This document shows positions 9,734 to 19,991 of a DNA stretch of 64,000 nt, in pieces (the first letter of the stretch is position 1; each line of letters opens with the position of its first letter). This DNA is from Cyanophyceae cyanobacterium (GTDB lineage: Bacteria; Cyanobacteriota; Cyanobacteriia; Cyanobacteriales; JBHJGN01), in contig JBHJGN010000011.1 in NCBI GenBank assembly GCA_050331735.1, forward strand, positions 160,001 to 224,000, written 5' to 3'. The notes below the pieces were generated by a model. That model ran no database searches. It was not told where the DNA came from and saw only the letters and a list, made by a program, of their open reading frames with translations. The position numbers were made by a program, and so were the translations under genes.

Positions 9734-11342
9734 TTGATTCCGGCAGCGATCGCACTAAGTACAGCGGCAGCGGTTCCTGACTGAGACTTTGAGCATAGCT
9801 CGCGCTCAAGTAGATTTGATAGTCTGGTTCGCCAGCCGTATAGGTACTAAAAAATGCTAAACCGAGAGCCTGAATGTACTCTTGGGCTAATTCCGGTGCT
9901 GGACCCACCGCCGCCGCTGGAATGGGAACAGCCCCTGCTGATTCGGATTCGTCGAGAGTCGAAAAATGGGTACCTCCCTGCATCAGCACCAAATATTTAT
10001 CTGGAGTACCTAACCAGGTAAAGGGGCGAATTTGCTCTGGAAGAGCTGGCGTGACGGCATCAGCGCTTCCAGAGACGATCATCACCGGAATGTCTATGGA
10101 GGCCAACTGCTCCTGACCAAATACTCGACTAGTTAGGGGGTTGATGGCGATCGCTGCGGCGATGCGCTCATCCCGGAGGTTGTACTGTGCCTGGGGCAAC
10201 TCCAGGGCAATACACTGTAGCAGCAGCGACAGATTGAGGGCATTCTCTAAGCTTTGGCATTCGGTTTGCAGGCGCTCAAAGTTTAAGTCAGCTCCCGCTA
10301 GCGCTAAGGCGGTGTAGCCTCCAAACGATTGACCAATCACGCCGACCTGCTGTAAATTCAGGCGTTCGCCGTAAAGAGATTCAAGCTGATTGAGGAGAAA
10401 CGTAATATCGAGGGGTCGATCGATTAATTCTCTAGGTGGAGTGACAACGTTTGCCACTCCTTCTAAAAGAGCCTCTAACTGTTCTGTATTGCTGCCCGGA
10501 TGTTCTGGGACAGCAACGGCATAGCCATAAGAGGCCAAATGACGGGCAAAATAGGCAAAGGTGCTGCGGTCAGAGCCGAGTCCGTGGGAAATCACAACCA
10601 CCGGAAGCTGTTGCGTTTCGGGCAGTTGAGGAAGATACAGGTCTACCGGAAATCGGCGATTTCGCCTCGCGTCGGTAATCAGAAAGCTTTGTCGTCGAGA
10701 GGAAATCGGACCTGGCTGGCGCAGATCGGGCAGGTCTGTGAAATTAAGCACCGAGGCTGCTAACACCTCATCAAACGACTCTTGTTGAACAACTGCGGTG
10801 ATTTCCCCAGTTTCTACAATAACCTCGTTGACATCTTCAAAGATTTCAAAGCCTCGTCCAGTATTAATCCGGATGCCTTGGGTAGGAAATTTCTTTAAAA
10901 CATTGAGGGCGGTTAATCCCTGTTCGTCGGCGGCGGCGAGAATCAGCGCTGAACGTAGTGCATAAAAACCCGACTGGCGAGCGGTTGTTTGCACCACCTC
11001 ACCTACCTGTCTTAACAGAACTTCTCCTTGAGGCGAATACAGAAACTGAGAAACCGCCACCGGAGATAGATCGGCAGAAGTTATTAAAGCCTCACGTAAC
11101 TGTTCGAGCTGTTGCTCGTTCAATAGATTGGCATAGGAGGCCAGATCTGGAGAAACGATGCCTTCTTCAAGGTAGATTTCTAAAGCTTCAATCGGTAAGG
11201 AAAATTCCAGGGGACCGTAGTTGATATAAATTGTTTCAGCACCGGTAGCTTTGGAAGCCCATTGTGCGTTCATCCCTAGAAAGACACTCAGGTTTAGCAA
11301 AGTCATGGCTAATGCTTTCCAGTACCGCCAAAGATATATCAT
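9699..11342 (-). CDS. DUF1400-domain alpha/beta hydrolase
   Basis: N-terminal AETIYINYGPLE (DUF1400), ISHGLG, EHPGSN, nucleophile GQSFGG, GGTHFS. Confidence 0.88.
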   Translation of the reverse strand: MIYLWRYWKALAMTLLNLSVFLGMNAQWASKATGAETIYINYGPLEFSLPIEALEIYLEEGIVSPDLASYANLLNEQQLEQLREALITSADLSPVAVSQFLYSPQGEVLLRQVGEVVQTTARQSGFYALRSALILAAADEQGLTALNVLKKFPTQGIRINTGRGFEIFEDVNEVIVETGEITAVVQQESFDEVLAASVLNFTDLPDLRQPGPISSRRQSFLITDARRNRRFPVDLYLPQLPETQQLPVVVISHGLGSDRSTFAYFARHLASYGYAVAVPEHPGSNTEQLEALLEGVANVVTPPRELIDRPLDITFLLNQLESLYGERLNLQQVGVIGQSFGGYTALALAGADLNFERLQTECQSLENALNLSLLLQCIALELPQAQYNLRDERIAAAIAINPLTSRVFGQEQLASIDIPVMIVSGSADAVTPALPEQIRPFTWLGTPDKYLVLMQGGTHFSTLDESESAGAVPIPAAAVGPAPELAQEYIQALGLAFFSTYTAGEPDYQIYLSASYAQSLSQEPLPLYLVRSLPESISRSNGEREPN

Positions 11343-11624
11343 CGTCCTATGCCAACCCGTTGATAAAATTGTTCGCCATCAACATTATTGCAAGTTTATT
11401 GGGTAACTACTCCGCTGATACCGTCAGGCAAATGATGTTTAGAGAGTTTCAGCGGCTTTCCTGAGCAATTTGTTTGGTTTTTGCCAGAATTGCCTAAAGA
11501 AAAATCAGAAAGGCAACTACTAAAAATTGTTAATATCGCAGAGCAAACATCTGCCTCTCTGAAAAAATAAGATTAAGGGCAAACTAAACCTTAGTTTGTC
11601 AGCCAATTTTTCCAACAAAGGCTC

Positions 11625-11867
11625 ATGAATATTCGACTGATTATTTTTTCCAGTTTAGTCACAACCGGGATTGGTGCCGTTTTTGGGCTAGCAACGGCTG
11701 AGATAGTAGCCCCTAAATACGAAAGCCAGTTTTATCAAGACCTGAAAGACAGATATGCCCTAATTGGAGCTGGATTAGGCCTGGCAATTGGAGCTGGACA
11801 GGAAACCCTCCGCCAAGTTGCCAAAGAAAAAGACAAGGAACTGGCACGACGCAGCGAGTGGGAATAA
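11625..11867 (+). CDS. Small two-helix membrane protein, hypothetical
   Basis: ATG start, two Gly-rich hydrophobic segments, charged C-terminus. Confidence 0.7.
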   Translation: MNIRLIIFSSLVTTGIGAVFGLATAEIVAPKYESQFYQDLKDRYALIGAGLGLAIGAGQETLRQVAKEKDKELARRSEWE

Positions 11868-11940
11868 TCGAAGCTCGCCGTTGTTACTAAACACTTTAAG
11901 GGAATGAATGAAGAACCTGTGATCTGAGCTAGTCCGCTGC

Positions 11941-12417
11941 TCAAGAATCGGGTAAATAGTCAAAGTCTAGAATTTGCTTTGAAGTGTATGGACAGCTTTC
12001 AGGAAAAACAACTTCAGGTAAGCTAGATTTTTCAATAACTGCCTGACGAGCTTTTCCATAAGTCTTTTCGATTGTTTCTAAGTAGTAATTAGATAAAGTT
12101 TTCGATTCGAGTAGCTGTTCTAGCTCAAATCGGAAGTTTCTGATTTCTACTTGCCATCCTTTCCCACTCCAGGGTTGCTCTGTGTACCAATACTGATAGC
12201 AGAGTAGATGAATCAGCAGGCGATAGAGGTAACTATTAACTTTATTCCTCTCACTCCGGGACAATCCCTCGATCTCCTCAGCCAAGTTCTCCCAGTCTAG
12301 ATTTTCAGCATTTCTTTCCTGAAGCTGCTTGAAAGTCTGTTGCAACCATAGATAGTAATCGCTGTCGTAAAGCGATCGCTGATGATTGCTGATTTGATCA
12401 GTTCTAGTCGCTTTCAT
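11941..12417 (-). CDS. DUF29 family protein
   Basis: LYDSDYYLW, LDWENLAEEIEGL, LLIHLL, FPESCPY..QILD.DYLP. Confidence 0.9.
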   Translation of the reverse strand: MKATRTDQISNHQRSLYDSDYYLWLQQTFKQLQERNAENLDWENLAEEIEGLSRSERNKVNSYLYRLLIHLLCYQYWYTEQPWSGKGWQVEIRNFRFELEQLLESKTLSNYYLETIEKTYGKARQAVIEKSSLPEVVFPESCPYTSKQILDFDYLPDS

Positions 12418-12851
12418 CGGATTGCGGGTTAGGAAAGCTTGTCAAGTAGTTTCATCAATAGCATCAACGATGCATCAGCTTTCAACTAAGAGAAAAATTT
12501 GAGTCTTACTAGGAGAGCCACCGATAGTCATTAGTCCACGATGTCTATACGCTATGTTATCTGTTTGTCTTAACAAAGACAAAAGTAACCTATCATAATT
12601 TAAAAAACTCTTCTTGCTCATACTGCCTAGAGACCTGCGCCGAAATAAAGACCAGCCGCTACTAGTCAACTTAATTCCCTCAACGCTTGGCAGATACTTT
12701 CCGTCGCAAGAGAGATTAAAACATAGCATAAACCGCCAATAATGGGAGGTCAAATTTCTTTGTTTTCTCTGTAGCCAACAGCACTAAACTAGATATCCGG
12801 CTGTAGCTTCAATTAGATAAACTTAAAAGTTGTCCTAAGGAAGGTTCTCCT

Positions 12852-14663
12852 GTGAAAATTGGCTCTCAGTATCAAGGTAACGGCGTTTGTGAATTTACTC
12901 TCTGGGCACCTTCGGTAAAAGAAGTTGCCGTCCAGGTTGTTTCTCCAGACAAGCGGGCGATCCCAATGCGTCAAGAAGAACAGGGATACTGGAAAGTTAA
13001 AGCAGAGGTTGAGCCAAGAACCCAGTACTTTTACAAACTTGATGGAGAAACCGACAGACCCGATCCGGCTTCCCACTATCAGCCTCGAGGAGTTCACGAA
13101 GCCTCAGAGGTCGTTGACCACAGCGCCATGAAGTGGCATGACGCTCAGTGGACAGGAATTCCCCTGGAAGAAATGATTATTTATGAGCTACACGTTGGGA
13201 CGTTTACTCCAGAAGGAACTTTTGAAGCGATTATTCCGCGGCTCGGGGACTTAAAATTGCTGGGAGTCAACGCCATCGAAATTATGCCGATTTCTCAGTT
13301 TCCTGGCGATCGCAACTGGGGCTACGATGGCGTTTATCCGTTTGCGTCCCAAAGCTCCTACGGCGGACCCTACGGGCTTAAAAAGCTCATTGATGCTGCT
13401 CACCAAGCCGGAGTGGCGGTGATTCTCGATGTCGTTTACAACCATTTTGGTCCCGAGGGAAACTATACCTCTCAGTTCGGGCCCTACTTTACCGATACTT
13501 ACCATACCCCCTGGGGCAGCGCCATCAATTTTGACAATGCCTACAGCTATGGTGTCAGAAACTTTGTCGTGCAGAACGTACTGCACTGGTTTGAGAATTA
13601 TCATTTCGATGCGCTGCGGCTAGACGCGATTCACGCTATCTACGATCTTGGCGCTAAGCACATCCTGCGGGAAGTTGCCGAAAACGTCGCCGCCCTGTCA
13701 GAGACGGTGGGGAGAACATTTTATTTGATTGCCGAAAGCGACCTGGATGACGTGCGCGTGATTCGCCCCATAGAGTTGGGAGGCTATGGCATGGATGCTC
13801 AGTGGAGTGACGGATTTCACCATAGCCTTCATACCTTGCTCACTCAAGAGAACATTGGCTACTACAAAGACTATGTTAAGGCCGAACAGCTCGCCAAAGC
13901 CTACACAAACTTTGTCTACACTTGGGACTATTCGCCGTTTCGCCAACGATACCACGGGAGCGACGCGAGCGATCGCCCCGGTCAACAGTTTGTAGTGTGC
14001 GCCCAAAATCACGATCAGGTGGGCAATCGTATGCTTGGAGAACGCTTAACTCATCTGACCTCCTTTGAAGCCCTCAAGCTGGCTGCTGGTGCGCTGCTGC
14101 TGTCTCCCTACGTACCGATGCTGTTTATGGGAGAAGAATACGGCGAATCAGCGCCTTTTCTCTACTTTGTATCCCATACCGATCCCGATTTGGTTGAAGC
14201 CGTACGCCAGGGACGAAAACGGGAGTTTGCCGATTTCCACCTTGAAGGAGAATACGACGATCCTCAAAGTCCCAATACCTTTGAAAAATCTAAGCTGCAC
14301 TGGGAGCAGCGCCAGGAAGGCAACCATCAAGTGCTGTGGCAACTCTATCAGCATCTCATTCACCTCCGGCGTACTGTAGGAGCCTTGAAGCACCTCGATA
14401 AGGAAAAGACCGCAGCCTGGGCGATAGAAGACAAAAAGTTAGTCTTTCTACATCGCTGGAGCGAGGATAGTCAAATCTACTGCATCATGAATTTTAGCAA
14501 GCAAGACATTGAATTTACCGCAGAGCTTCCTGACGGCAGCTTCTCCAAAATCCTCGATTCATCAGACTCTAAATGGCTGGGGTCCGATAGTACGCTGCCC
14601 GATCAACTGACTTCAGATAAACTAACGATCAAACCCCAAAGCTTTGCCGTCTACCAAAGCTAA
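12852..14663 (+). CDS. treZ: Malto-oligosyltrehalose trehalohydrolase (GH13)
   Basis: YELHVGTF, NWGYDGV, DVVYNHFGPEGN, LRLDAIH, QNHDQVGNR. GTG start with AAGGAAGG RBS. Upstream of treY. Confidence 0.95.
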   Translation: MKIGSQYQGNGVCEFTLWAPSVKEVAVQVVSPDKRAIPMRQEEQGYWKVKAEVEPRTQYFYKLDGETDRPDPASHYQPRGVHEASEVVDHSAMKWHDAQWTGIPLEEMIIYELHVGTFTPEGTFEAIIPRLGDLKLLGVNAIEIMPISQFPGDRNWGYDGVYPFASQSSYGGPYGLKKLIDAAHQAGVAVILDVVYNHFGPEGNYTSQFGPYFTDTYHTPWGSAINFDNAYSYGVRNFVVQNVLHWFENYHFDALRLDAIHAIYDLGAKHILREVAENVAALSETVGRTFYLIAESDLDDVRVIRPIELGGYGMDAQWSDGFHHSLHTLLTQENIGYYKDYVKAEQLAKAYTNFVYTWDYSPFRQRYHGSDASDRPGQQFVVCAQNHDQVGNRMLGERLTHLTSFEALKLAAGALLLSPYVPMLFMGEEYGESAPFLYFVSHTDPDLVEAVRQGRKREFADFHLEGEYDDPQSPNTFEKSKLHWEQRQEGNHQVLWQLYQHLIHLRRTVGALKHLDKEKTAAWAIEDKKLVFLHRWSEDSQIYCIMNFSKQDIEFTAELPDGSFSKILDSSDSKWLGSDSTLPDQLTSDKLTIKPQSFAVYQS

Positions 14664-14756
14664 TTCTCCCTAAGTCAGAAGCAATAGAAAAGCAGTTGTA
14701 AGTAGAGTGAGGAGTTTTAAGTGTTGAGCAATTTAGAGTTCAACACAATTGATAAG

Positions 14757-14815
14757 CCCTTTTCCCCTTACCCTTTCTCCTTTCATCGTTCCGCAGGAAC
14801 TTTCCCCTTTCCCCT
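14757..14815. repeat. CCCCTTT-type STRR array with an embedded 13-nt hairpin
   Basis: cccttttccccttaccctttctccttt...GTTCCGCAGGAAC-tttcccctttcccct. Confidence 0.6.
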
Positions 14816-14845
14816 GATTTCTTAACCCAACCCTCTAAATCGACC

Positions 14846-17635
14846 ATGCGTATCCCCACAGCCACCTATCGTCTTCAGTTTCACTCCGGCTTTAACTTTG
14901 AAGCCGCTAAAAATGTTGTTTCCTATCTGGCTGAATTAGGCATTTCCGATCTTTATGCTTCCCCTATCTTTAAAGCCAAAGCGGGCAGCACTCACGGCTA
15001 TGATGTCGTCGATCCGACTGAACTTAACCCCGAACTTGGCTCTCAAAAAACCTTCGATGAACTCAACAGTAAGCTTCAGCACCACGATATGGGGTGGCTA
15101 CAGGATATTGTGCCGAATCATATGGCTTACAACAGCCAAAACAAGTTTTTGATGGATGTTTTAGAGCATGGGACAGATTCCGAATATTTTGATTTTTTTG
15201 ATATTGCCTGGAACCAGCCCTATGAGGATATGCAGGGGCGGGTGCTGACTCCACTGCTAGGGAATTTCTATGGAGAAAGTTTAGAGAACGGAGAAATTCA
15301 GCTTAGCTATGACCAAGACGGACTTAGCGTTAATTATTATGACTTAAAACTGCCGCTAAAAATTGAGACCTATGCTCAATTTATGACGTACAATCTCGGG
15401 AAACTCTCTAAAACGCTCGGCAGAGAACACACCGATTTTATTAAGCTGTTGGGAATTCTTTATCTCACAAAAAATATTCCGACAGAAACGAAAGGAAAAG
15501 AAAGAAAAGACCAAGCTACTTTTGTTAAAGGTATTCTTTGGGAACTCTACGAGCAAAATGAAGCGGTTAAAGATTTCATCAATGACAATTTAGAAACGTT
15601 TAACGGTAGATCGGGAAATCCGGAAAGCTTTAATTTGTTAGATAGTTTACTATCAGAACAGTTTTATCGGCTGTCGTTTTGGAAAGTAGGAGCTGAAGAA
15701 CTGAACTATCGCCGATTTTTTACCGTTAATGAGCTGATTTCTGTGAAGGTAGAAGAGGCTCGGGTTTTTAATGTTACCCATGCCTTGATTGAGAAGCTTG
15801 TTGAAGATGGTAAAATTACTGGTTTAAGAATTGACCACATCGACGGTTTATACGATCCTACGCGCTACTTAGAGAGACTGAGAAACAAGGTTGGCAATAC
15901 CTATGTTACTGTTGAAAAAATTTTGGAGCTGGAAGAAGAACTGCCAAGATACTGGTCAGTTCAGGGAACCAGCGGGTACGACTTTTTGAACTACGTTAAC
16001 GGGGTACTCTGCCAAATTGAAAACGAAGCCGAGTTCGACCGGATTTACCAACAGTTTACCGGTATCACTACTCCTTACGAGGAGTTGGTTATTCAAAAGA
16101 AAGCGCTCATTGAAGAGAGGAATTTGGCTGGCGACGTTGACAATTTATCAATCTTGCTCAAAAAGATTGCCTCTCAAACACGAGAAGGCAAAGATTTTAC
16201 TCAGTACGGTTTGAAAAGAGCCCTGGTAGAGGTGTTAACGCTCTTTCCAATTTATCGCACCTATATTACGGCTCAGCGGGTTATGCAGTCGGATAAACAG
16301 TATATTTCAGAAGCGATCGCCCGCGCCAAAGAACGCGATCCTCTCCTGGTCAAAGAGCTGAGCTATATTGAAAAAATCCTGCTGCGGGAATTTGAAGAAA
16401 CCCTTAGTGAGCCGCAAAAGCAGGAACAGCTCCACTTTGTCATGAGACTTCAGCAAATGACAGGCCCTCTCATGGCGAAGGGAGTCGAAGATACGCTGTT
16501 CTATGTCTACAATCGACTAATCTCCCTCAATGAAGTGGGCGGAAATCCGGGTCAGCTCGGCGTCACTTTAGCAGAGTTTCATGAGTTTAACCAGTTCAGA
16601 AACAAGTATTGGCAGCAGTCGATGAGTACCACCGCCACTCACGATACCAAGCGTGGGGAAGATGGACGATCGCGCTTAAACGTGCTGTCGGAAATTCCGG
16701 AGGCATGGCAGCAGCAGCTCCAGCACTGGCGAGAGATTAATCAAACTCAGAAAATCAAGCGCGGCAAAAAGCTGATTCCAAGCGCCAACGACGAGTACTT
16801 CTTCTACCAAACCTTGATCGGCTCTTTTCCCTTTGAGCAAGACCAATTTGAAAGCTTTGTCGGGCGGCTCAAGGACTACATTATTAAAGCCGTTCGAGAA
16901 GCAAAGGTGCATACGGCTTGGTTGCGTCCTGACTCGGAATATGAGGATGGCTTTCTTCAGTTTATTGATGCTGTCTTGAATAGCGAATCCCATCAGTTTT
17001 TGTCTGAATTCCTGCCGTTTCAAAACAAAATAGCCAGCTACGGGGTCTTCAACTCTTTATCTCAGGTTCTGCTTAAGTATGCCTCACCGGGCGTACCCGA
17101 TCTGTATCAGGGAACAGAATTGTGGGACTTAAGCATGGTCGATCCCGATAATCGCCGTCCCGTCGATTACGATCAACGCCAAAGCTTTCTCAAGGAAATC
17201 CAGCAAAACATTGGGTCAAACATTTTGCATCTGGTGTACGAACTGCTTAAAGCGCCAGAGGATGGACGGGTCAAACTATTTTTGACCTATCAAATCCTGC
17301 AAACCAGAAAAGCCTATCTCAACGTTTTTCAGCGGGGGGGGTACGAACCGCTGGCGACTCAGGGCCAGTATGCCGAACACATAATTGCCTTTGCCAGAAG
17401 TTATGAGAAGCGGACAATAGTGGCGGTCGTTCCTCGTTTCTTTACCAACATCATTCAGCCAGGGGAATTGCCTGTTGGTGACTTATGGCAGGATACTCAA
17501 ATCGGGCTTCCGCCCTATATGTCTTCGGTTTGGAAAAATGCAATTACCAGCCAGTCTATTAAAACTAACGGGATTTTATCGATATCAGAGGCGCTGCAAC
17601 ATTTCCCGTTAGCTTTACTAGTAAGCGAGGAGTAA
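14846..17635 (+). CDS. treY: Malto-oligosyltrehalose synthase
   Basis: PTATYRLQ, GSTHGYDVVD, DIVPNHM, LNYRRFF, LRIDHIDGL, THDTKRGED, PGVPDLYQG, VDPDNRRPVDY. Confidence 0.96.
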   Translation: MRIPTATYRLQFHSGFNFEAAKNVVSYLAELGISDLYASPIFKAKAGSTHGYDVVDPTELNPELGSQKTFDELNSKLQHHDMGWLQDIVPNHMAYNSQNKFLMDVLEHGTDSEYFDFFDIAWNQPYEDMQGRVLTPLLGNFYGESLENGEIQLSYDQDGLSVNYYDLKLPLKIETYAQFMTYNLGKLSKTLGREHTDFIKLLGILYLTKNIPTETKGKERKDQATFVKGILWELYEQNEAVKDFINDNLETFNGRSGNPESFNLLDSLLSEQFYRLSFWKVGAEELNYRRFFTVNELISVKVEEARVFNVTHALIEKLVEDGKITGLRIDHIDGLYDPTRYLERLRNKVGNTYVTVEKILELEEELPRYWSVQGTSGYDFLNYVNGVLCQIENEAEFDRIYQQFTGITTPYEELVIQKKALIEERNLAGDVDNLSILLKKIASQTREGKDFTQYGLKRALVEVLTLFPIYRTYITAQRVMQSDKQYISEAIARAKERDPLLVKELSYIEKILLREFEETLSEPQKQEQLHFVMRLQQMTGPLMAKGVEDTLFYVYNRLISLNEVGGNPGQLGVTLAEFHEFNQFRNKYWQQSMSTTATHDTKRGEDGRSRLNVLSEIPEAWQQQLQHWREINQTQKIKRGKKLIPSANDEYFFYQTLIGSFPFEQDQFESFVGRLKDYIIKAVREAKVHTAWLRPDSEYEDGFLQFIDAVLNSESHQFLSEFLPFQNKIASYGVFNSLSQVLLKYASPGVPDLYQGTELWDLSMVDPDNRRPVDYDQRQSFLKEIQQNIGSNILHLVYELLKAPEDGRVKLFLTYQILQTRKAYLNVFQRGGYEPLATQGQYAEHIIAFARSYEKRTIVAVVPRFFTNIIQPGELPVGDLWQDTQIGLPPYMSSVWKNAITSQSIKTNGILSISEALQHFPLALLVSEE

Positions 17636-17668
17636 CCGCTGATGAATCTAGCAGGGTAACTTTGTGAA

Positions 17669-17710
17669 TGCGATTAACAACGTTAAGAATGTTAATCGCA
17701 ACCTTTTTGT
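17669..17710 (+). terminator. Terminator after treY
   Basis: TGCGATTAACA...TGTTAATCGCA followed by accTTTTT. Confidence 0.7.
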
Positions 17711-17835
17711 CTAATCAAGGTTTATCAATGTCCTTGAAACCCTATTTGCATAGCATCTTCTAATCGCTTTCTCTGGTACGGAGCCCACTAACCTAATCTG
17801 AGATCAGATAATAGCAAGGAGTAACGTCATTAACT

Positions 17836-18009
17836 ATGAGTCCCTCAGAACCAAGCTGTCTGGACCGCATTGAAGCTTTAGTAGCCGCGATTGGGCAGAG
17901 AACCGATTCTAATGATAGAGTCATCGAAGCCCTATTTGCTAGTGCGGCCAGCTATCAGCGCGATCGCTTTTATGAGAATGTTAAAGCAGCTTGCTCAGCA
18001 GCGCAGTAG
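17836..18009 (+). CDS. 57-aa small protein or remnant with a coiled-coil-like LDRIEALV...SNxRxIEAL motif
   Basis: ATG 17836 to TAG 18009, upstream AAGGAG, translation MSPSEPSCLDRIEALVAAIGQRTDSNDRVIEALF.... Below the ORF-track cutoff. Confidence 0.45.
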   Translation: MSPSEPSCLDRIEALVAAIGQRTDSNDRVIEALFASAASYQRDRFYENVKAACSAAQ

Positions 18010-18078
18010 TCCGTGGAGACGGACTGAGTTTGGGTAGCTGCAAATTTTGTTCGCCATGCTCTAGCAATTCTCTAGCAG

Positions 18079-18831
18079 TTATTTCCTGACTGCTACTGGA
18101 GTCTGTCCGTTGTGAATAGCCGCTTTCGACTGTGTTGCCACTTCCTTTAAGATATCTGGATTGAAGCGATAACCGACATTGCGAACCGTCTGAACCAAGC
18201 TCGGCTGACGAGGATCGGACTCTATCTTTTTGCGCAGAGATAGCACGTGCGTATCAATGGTGCGAGGATTATCAATCGCATCCGGCCAAGCTCGACCTAG
18301 AAGCTCAGAGCGGCTTAGGGGAACACCTTGAGCCTGAGCTAGAACATATAGCAAGCTAAACTCTTGTGGGGTCAGCTCAATATAGCTTCCTTTGTACTGA
18401 ACGCGACGCTGTACGAGGTCAATTTTGAGGGGTCCATAATCTAAGTACAGAGGAGCACTCGTGACTCGAATTCGCCGGACCAAAGCCTCTACGCGCGCTA
18501 AAAACTCCTGCATGCCAAAGGGCTTAGTTAGGTAATCGTCAGCTCCCGACTTCAAGCCTCTGACGACTTCTTTTTCATTGTTGCGAGCAGACAGGAGTAG
18601 AATGAGCGTTTGGTTTTGCTGGTAAAGCCAGCGACAGAGTTCTACCCCATCTCCATCGGGGAGATCAGAATCGATAACGGCTAAGGTTGGCTGATGACGG
18701 AGGAAAACTTTTCGCGTCTGCCCAATACAGGAAAACTGCTGGACGCGATACTCAGACTGCTGGAGATGCCAGGCTAACAGAGATCTTAAGTGCGGATTAC
18801 CCTCAACGATAGCAATATCAACTTGAGCCAC
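18079..18831 (-). CDS. nrrA: OmpR-family response regulator NrrA (nitrogen-regulated)
   Basis: IVEGNPHLRSLL.WHLQQ, GADDYL.KPF, LTPQEFSLLYVLAQA, NPRTIDTHVLSLRKK, recognised as NrrA/Rre37-type. GTG start at 18831 lies just downstream of an NtcA promoter. Confidence 0.85.
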   Translation of the reverse strand: MAQVDIAIVEGNPHLRSLLAWHLQQSEYRVQQFSCIGQTRKVFLRHQPTLAVIDSDLPDGDGVELCRWLYQQNQTLILLLSARNNEKEVVRGLKSGADDYLTKPFGMQEFLARVEALVRRIRVTSAPLYLDYGPLKIDLVQRRVQYKGSYIELTPQEFSLLYVLAQAQGVPLSRSELLGRAWPDAIDNPRTIDTHVLSLRKKIESDPRQPSLVQTVRNVGYRFNPDILKEVATQSKAAIHNGQTPVAVRK

Positions 18832-18862
18832 CTTATGCTTTACCTTAAATCTTGTGATGATC

Positions 18863-18904
18863 AGATTAACAAAGCTAATGTCAAGAATTTGTAACAAGTG
18901 CTAC
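18863..18904 (-). promoter_or_regulatory. Canonical NtcA-activated promoter of nrrA
   Basis: Minus strand GTAgcacttgtTAC (18904-18891), 22-nt spacer, TAATCT (18868-18863). This is an exact GTA-N8-TAC-N22-TAN3T. Confidence 0.88.
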
Positions 18905-19058
18905 GAAGGGAACTAAAAGATGGTATCTCAAAAATTGAGGTAGCAATCTTGAAGCAAAGGGGCAAACTTTAAGAGAAGTTAATGGCTAAAATAAATTTAT
19001 TAGTGCGATTTGCCTCTTAAGATTCGGCTTAGCCACTAGATGCACTCAAGTGAAATTC

Positions 19059-19313
19059 ATGCTTCAAGATTCCCAGTCCGTCCGGTACTACCAAAGACTT
19101 ACTGATGCTATGGTCGATTTGTGGCACAGAGGACATCGCTTTGAGGAGCTACGGCTTTACTTAGAAGGGTATGTGTCTTGCCTGCGACATAGCAATAGCC
19201 TAGAGCCTTATTTAGTTCACCGCTTAGAAGAGGAAGCCTATCGTTTTTTGCGCGATCCTTCTAACTTTGAATTATCTATGCCTCAAACTGAGCCAGATTA
19301 CGGCTACTACTAA
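19059..19313 (+). CDS. Conserved cyanobacterial protein (DUF6761-like), divergent from nrrA
   Basis: MLQD...RYYQRLTDAMVDLW.RG...YL.GY...LEEE..RFL.DPSNF. Confidence 0.8.
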   Translation: MLQDSQSVRYYQRLTDAMVDLWHRGHRFEELRLYLEGYVSCLRHSNSLEPYLVHRLEEEAYRFLRDPSNFELSMPQTEPDYGYY

Positions 19314-19373
19314 TTGAGCTATTAATGCTCCGGTTGTCCTCGTTTGAAACGACTCAAAGTTTCTTAGCAAAGA

Positions 19374-19400
19374 GGCGTACGGCAGTTAAGAACGTACGCC
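19374..19400. terminator. Hairpin between convergent genes
   Basis: GGCGTACG...CGTACGCC. Confidence 0.55.
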
Positions 19401-19423
19401 GCTCAAAATATCGAATTTGATCG

Positions 19424-19747
19424 TCAAGAAGCAAGGGCAACTTCAACGGTCTGCTGAAGTTCGCCGCTTTGATACAGCTCAATCATAATATCTGAACCGC
19501 CGAGAAACTCCCCATTCACATATACCTGAGGGATAGTCGGCCAGCTAGAGTATTCTTTAATTCCCTGACGAATTTCGCTATCTTCTAGTACATCAACGGT
19601 TTCGTAGGGAACGCCGAGCATGTTGAGAATCTGAACAACGTTGTTAGAAAATCCACACATGGGCATGAGTTTTGACCCCTTCATAAAGACGACAATCTTG
19701 TGGCTGTTCACTAGGTTGTCGAGACGATCTTTTAGTTGTGGTGTCAT
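19424..19747 (-). CDS. grxD: Monothiol glutaredoxin (Grx4 family)
   Basis: FMKG...[18 protein letters not shown]. Confidence 0.95.
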   Translation of the reverse strand: MTPQLKDRLDNLVNSHKIVVFMKGSKLMPMCGFSNNVVQILNMLGVPYETVDVLEDSEIRQGIKEYSSWPTIPQVYVNGEFLGGSDIMIELYQSGELQQTVEVALAS

Positions 19748-19991
19748 AGTGATTTAAATTCCCAATTGTTTCTTAGCAGTTACCGTAGCCTAAGATGTTG
19801 CTTGTATCTATAGTATAGTTGACAATTTCCTGATGACTGAGAGCTTGGTCCTCCTGATTCGCTAAAAACTCTAAACTCACCGAAATACGCTATTGGGGCA
19901 TTTGGCTTGTGTTTTCAGCAGCGCCACCGTTGGTGAGAAGTGGCTGCTATCGCGGTTTTATCTTCTTTCGGTATTGTGAGCCCCTTGATTG

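Noticed and set aside
12475..12753. 92-aa minus-strand ORF in the DUF29-treZ gap
   Set aside because: TTG start, no RBS and no recognisable motif; more likely divergent promoter DNA.
18832..18897. ORF-track N-terminal extension of nrrA
   Set aside because: It overlaps the NtcA box and -10 element, so it lies largely upstream of the predicted TSS.
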